From assembly GCA_009602725.1 (NCBI GenBank), contig WELB01000031.1:327331-371436 (forward strand): a stretch of 44,106 nucleotides of DNA. The letters are read 5' to 3'. The translations under genes were made by a program, and so were the position numbers. Positions within the stretch are counted from its first letter, which is position 1. Each line of letters starts with the position of its first letter. The stretch is from Spirogloea muscicola (taxonomy: Eukaryota). Below, in pieces: positions 41,101 through 44,106 of this stretch. The notes under the pieces were generated by a model. That model was not told where the DNA came from. It saw nothing but the letters and a program-made list of their open reading frames with translations, and did not search any database.

Positions 41101-43826
41101 GGGGCACCTGGAGCGGCACTGAGAGCTGGAGGATGAGACCGTTGGCGAGCACGAGGTCTCCAGCGGTCATGATGCCCTTGGCGACCCGCATGCCGGCCAT
41201 GGCCATGACCGTCGCCACGCCGAGCGCCAGTATCAGCGCCTGGCCCCCGTTCAGCTTTGCTGAGATGTACTCCGCCTCCACCGATGCCTGCTGATAGCTG
41301 CGCAGCAGGTCATCGTACTGCTCCGCCTCCAGCTGCTCGTTGTTGAACTGCGACCACAGCCACAGCGTCAGCGTGGGCACGGCATGAGTCAGGTCTCGCC
41401 CCTGCCGGCAGATGGATCGGGAGGAAGTAACAGGACAACTATCCGTGATGGCTGCTTCAATGCAGACGTAACGACCAGAGGATGATGTATAGTATAGTGG
41501 GCAACCGTTGCACCACAAGAGCTGTATGTGAAAGGTAAACAATCGTGTGTGGAGTTGCGAATATGGGCTTAGGGAGGCAGCGCGGTGGTCGATGCCCGTG
41601 AGCAAACCTGGACGACAGTTTCGTAGTTGAGGAGTGCGTCCACGACCTTGCCAGTTGTGAGATTGTCCAGCCGATTCACCTGTAGGCAAGGAAGGAGGGA
41701 CGTAGTAAGAAGGGAGGCGCGCAGCATTATAAGTCCGTCACTTCATATGCTTGAGCCGTCATACTTTACGGCATCTTATCATTTTAATGGTTGCATAGTA
41801 CTGCTTATTGACCCTCACGTTGCTGACCTCTAAGCCCACATGGCTAAGACTGAAGAGGAAGGAGGAACAGAGATGACGGAGGCAGGAGTTGAAGCAGTAG
41901 AGGAAGAAGGGTTTGCAAGGCAAGGGGGAGCGCGGTGCCCACCTCCTTGCGGCTGGCAGCGGCGGCCTTGGTGAGGGCAATGGTCCACGCGACGTAGGCG
42001 ACGAAGGTGAGGAGCACGACGCCCGCAAAAGCGGGGCTGATCTGCTTCGCCAGCAGCCCGCACACCAGCGCCAGCTCCACCGCTGTGGGGATGAATGTGA
42101 ACACTGCGGCGCCGCCAGTCCATGCCGCGCCCTCATGAATAGGCACGTGCTCTGCCAGTCTCAGGTGAGAGGGAATGGGAGGAAGGTAGAACGGAAGGAG
42201 GAAGGAGGGAGGGCAGAGGTTGGGAGTGCAGCCTACCAACGGCGCGGAAGATCATGGTGACGGAGCGCTTGCCGCGATCGATGATGCGCGAGAGCCCGCC
42301 AGTCTTGCGCTCGAGGTGGAAGGCCACGTTCATGGCGAGAATGTGCTCGAAGAACTGCAGCGCCACACGGCGTCCCGTTGCCTGCCCTACCGGTGTGAAC
42401 ACTACGTACCGCACCTCGTTGAACAACGCACTCAGGGCCTGCACGTTGGGCATGTGGCAGCTGGCAAGGGGGTCAGCTGTGGCTGTCGTCTCAAAGACAG
42501 CAGCGGTGAAAGAGAGTCAGGGGTGCTTTGACAAAGACGTGCAGGGATGTAGCTCCGAAGTTGGAAGGCTTAAGAGAGTGAAGGGTCGGAGAGGTAAAGG
42601 TATTTGCTTCCAAGAATCAGGGCCTGTGGGCAGGGATGGTGAAAGTAGGAAGTAGCAACAGAGAGGTAAGGGCTTCAGCAGAGGTAAAGGGAGGGGGTGA
42701 GGAGGAGGAGGGAAGAGAGAGTGGTGGCAAAAAGGAGAAGTAGGGACGAGAAGAGCGACGGAAGAAGACAGAATGAGGAAAGTGGAAAGAGAAGGTGGGG
42801 GGGATAAATGAAAAGTGAGCGCAAAGCAAAGCAGAAAAAATTTGGATGAAGGAAGAAAGACAGGAGCTCACAGATGGAGTGTGTACTAGGTGATGGAGAT
42901 GGAGGGTGGAGGGAGGGAGTGTGGAAATGGCAGGGGTGAGGCACACAAGGACTACGGAAGAAGGAGGGGGGGGACCAGGGAGGGAGACCCCAGTCAGGCA
43001 CACACCTTGCTGATGCCCGACATGACAAGCGCAGCAACGGCCGCATAGACCGCTTGCTGGCCCAGGCTAAGGCTGCCGGCCTGCGCGAGGCCGTCCAGGC
43101 CCTGCTTGAAGAGGAGCGGCCCCGCAAGGCCAGCTGCCTGCACACGCTTGCCATGGCCAAAGCTGGTCTGTTGATGAGGTACAGGAAAAGATAAGAGGAC
43201 TCATGGATGTCACGTGCAAGTGAGCATCACTCGGAGTAGGGGTTTGAGCTAAGGAGAAAAGGGTAAGCGGCGCGGTGGAGAGAGCGAAGCACCTTGCCGA
43301 GGACCAGGAGCACTAGTGCGACGGCGAGCCGCCAGCGCAGCGTGCGGTCGCCGGAGGCCAGCGCCCAGAGGTATGGCAGCACCTGACCACCGCAGTTGTG
43401 GCCAGATCAGCGCCTGTTGCCGCAATGCAGGCACTCGATCTCTGCAGCACGCCAGCATCGACGAGAACTCACGCTCTGGATGGAGGAGTCGGCAGGGGGC
43501 TCCGGCAGCGCCAGCGGCCGCGCCGCCGGCCGCCGCTCGCCGTCCCACTGCAGCTCGCCGCGCCCCGGGCTGGAGCTGGCAAAGTCGGCGATGAGCGCCG
43601 CAACGGCAGCTGCTGCCGGCCGCCGCCGCCGCTCTGCCGGCCTCCGGCGGACGTTACGGAGACCCAGTTGCTCGGTGGGACGACATGTCCAAGTGGGTGT
43701 CCTGAGCAGGCGCGCCGGGCCATGCTCCCCGCTGTGGGCGAGGCTGACGGCCCGGCGGCTGTGGCTCTGCCGCTGCCGCAGGGGCAGCCATGCGACCGGC
43801 GCTGCGCAGGCTGCGCTTGACGTCAT
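38158..43826 (-). CDS. ABCB half-transporter, ATM1/HMT1-like, with an organellar targeting peptide
   Basis: ATG at 43826 with an Arg/Ser/Ala-rich leader. TM domain: [49 protein letters not shown] and [16 protein letters not shown]. Nucleotide-binding domain: Walker [11 protein letters not shown]-loop VPQDTVLFNDTI, signature LSGGEKQR, Walker [11 protein letters not shown] and H-loop AHRLST. Stop at 38158. Confidence 0.93.
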
Positions 43827-43879
43827 GGCGGCTCTGCCCGCATGTCAGAGCGGCAGCTGAGGCCGCTGTGGGCTGGCCT

Positions 43880-44106
43880 GCCCTCCCCCCACCTCCTCCT
43901 CCCTCTCTCTCGCCTCCCTCAATCTCTCCCTCTCAGTCACTCCCTCTCTCTCCCTCCCTCCTCCACCCCCTCCTCCCTCCCTCCTCCCTCACTGCCTCTC
44001 TCCCTCCTGCGATGTCGATCTGCCCCACATACCCCTCCTACCAGGCTCTCAGGCCCGGTCCCCCGGGCGGGCGCACTTCTCCCTCGCCCTCCCTCCCTCC
44101 TCCCTC
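43880..44106. repeat. Pyrimidine-rich (CT/CCCT) low-complexity tract upstream of the ABCB gene
   Basis: Seen directly in composition; a purine-rich counterpart lies in the intron at ~42640-43000. Confidence 0.8.

Overview
This is a eukaryotic nuclear window: GC-rich exons, short GT-AG introns and plant-type TTTAGGG repeats. The gene set is streptophyte-like, so the source is most plausibly a streptophyte alga (inference). Genes assembled by reading exons by hand, in order: (1) an intronless TIR-NB-ARC-TPR (TNP) immune-receptor-like gene whose 5' end runs into a poly-A stretch; (2) a conserved plant multi-pass membrane protein of unknown function (minus); (3) a TTC38-like gene with an in-frame stop; (4) a modular purine-rich repeat containing telomeric units, next to an assembly gap; (5) a three-helix SemiSWEET/PQ-loop-like gene; (6) a tentative coiled-coil gene; (7) plastid-type RecA (minus); (8) a CBS-CBS-PB1-TM gene; (9) a secreted A1 aspartic protease (minus); (10) an ATM1-like ABCB half-transporter (minus). 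The most interesting items are the TNP with a long TPR array and a polybasic plus Cys plus CaaL tail, a hairpin-dense 430-nt intergenic segment, the telomere-repeat-containing element whose fragment also lies on the other side of TTC38, and the SemiSWEET-sized transporter. Family assignments rest on recalled motifs; no database searches were run.
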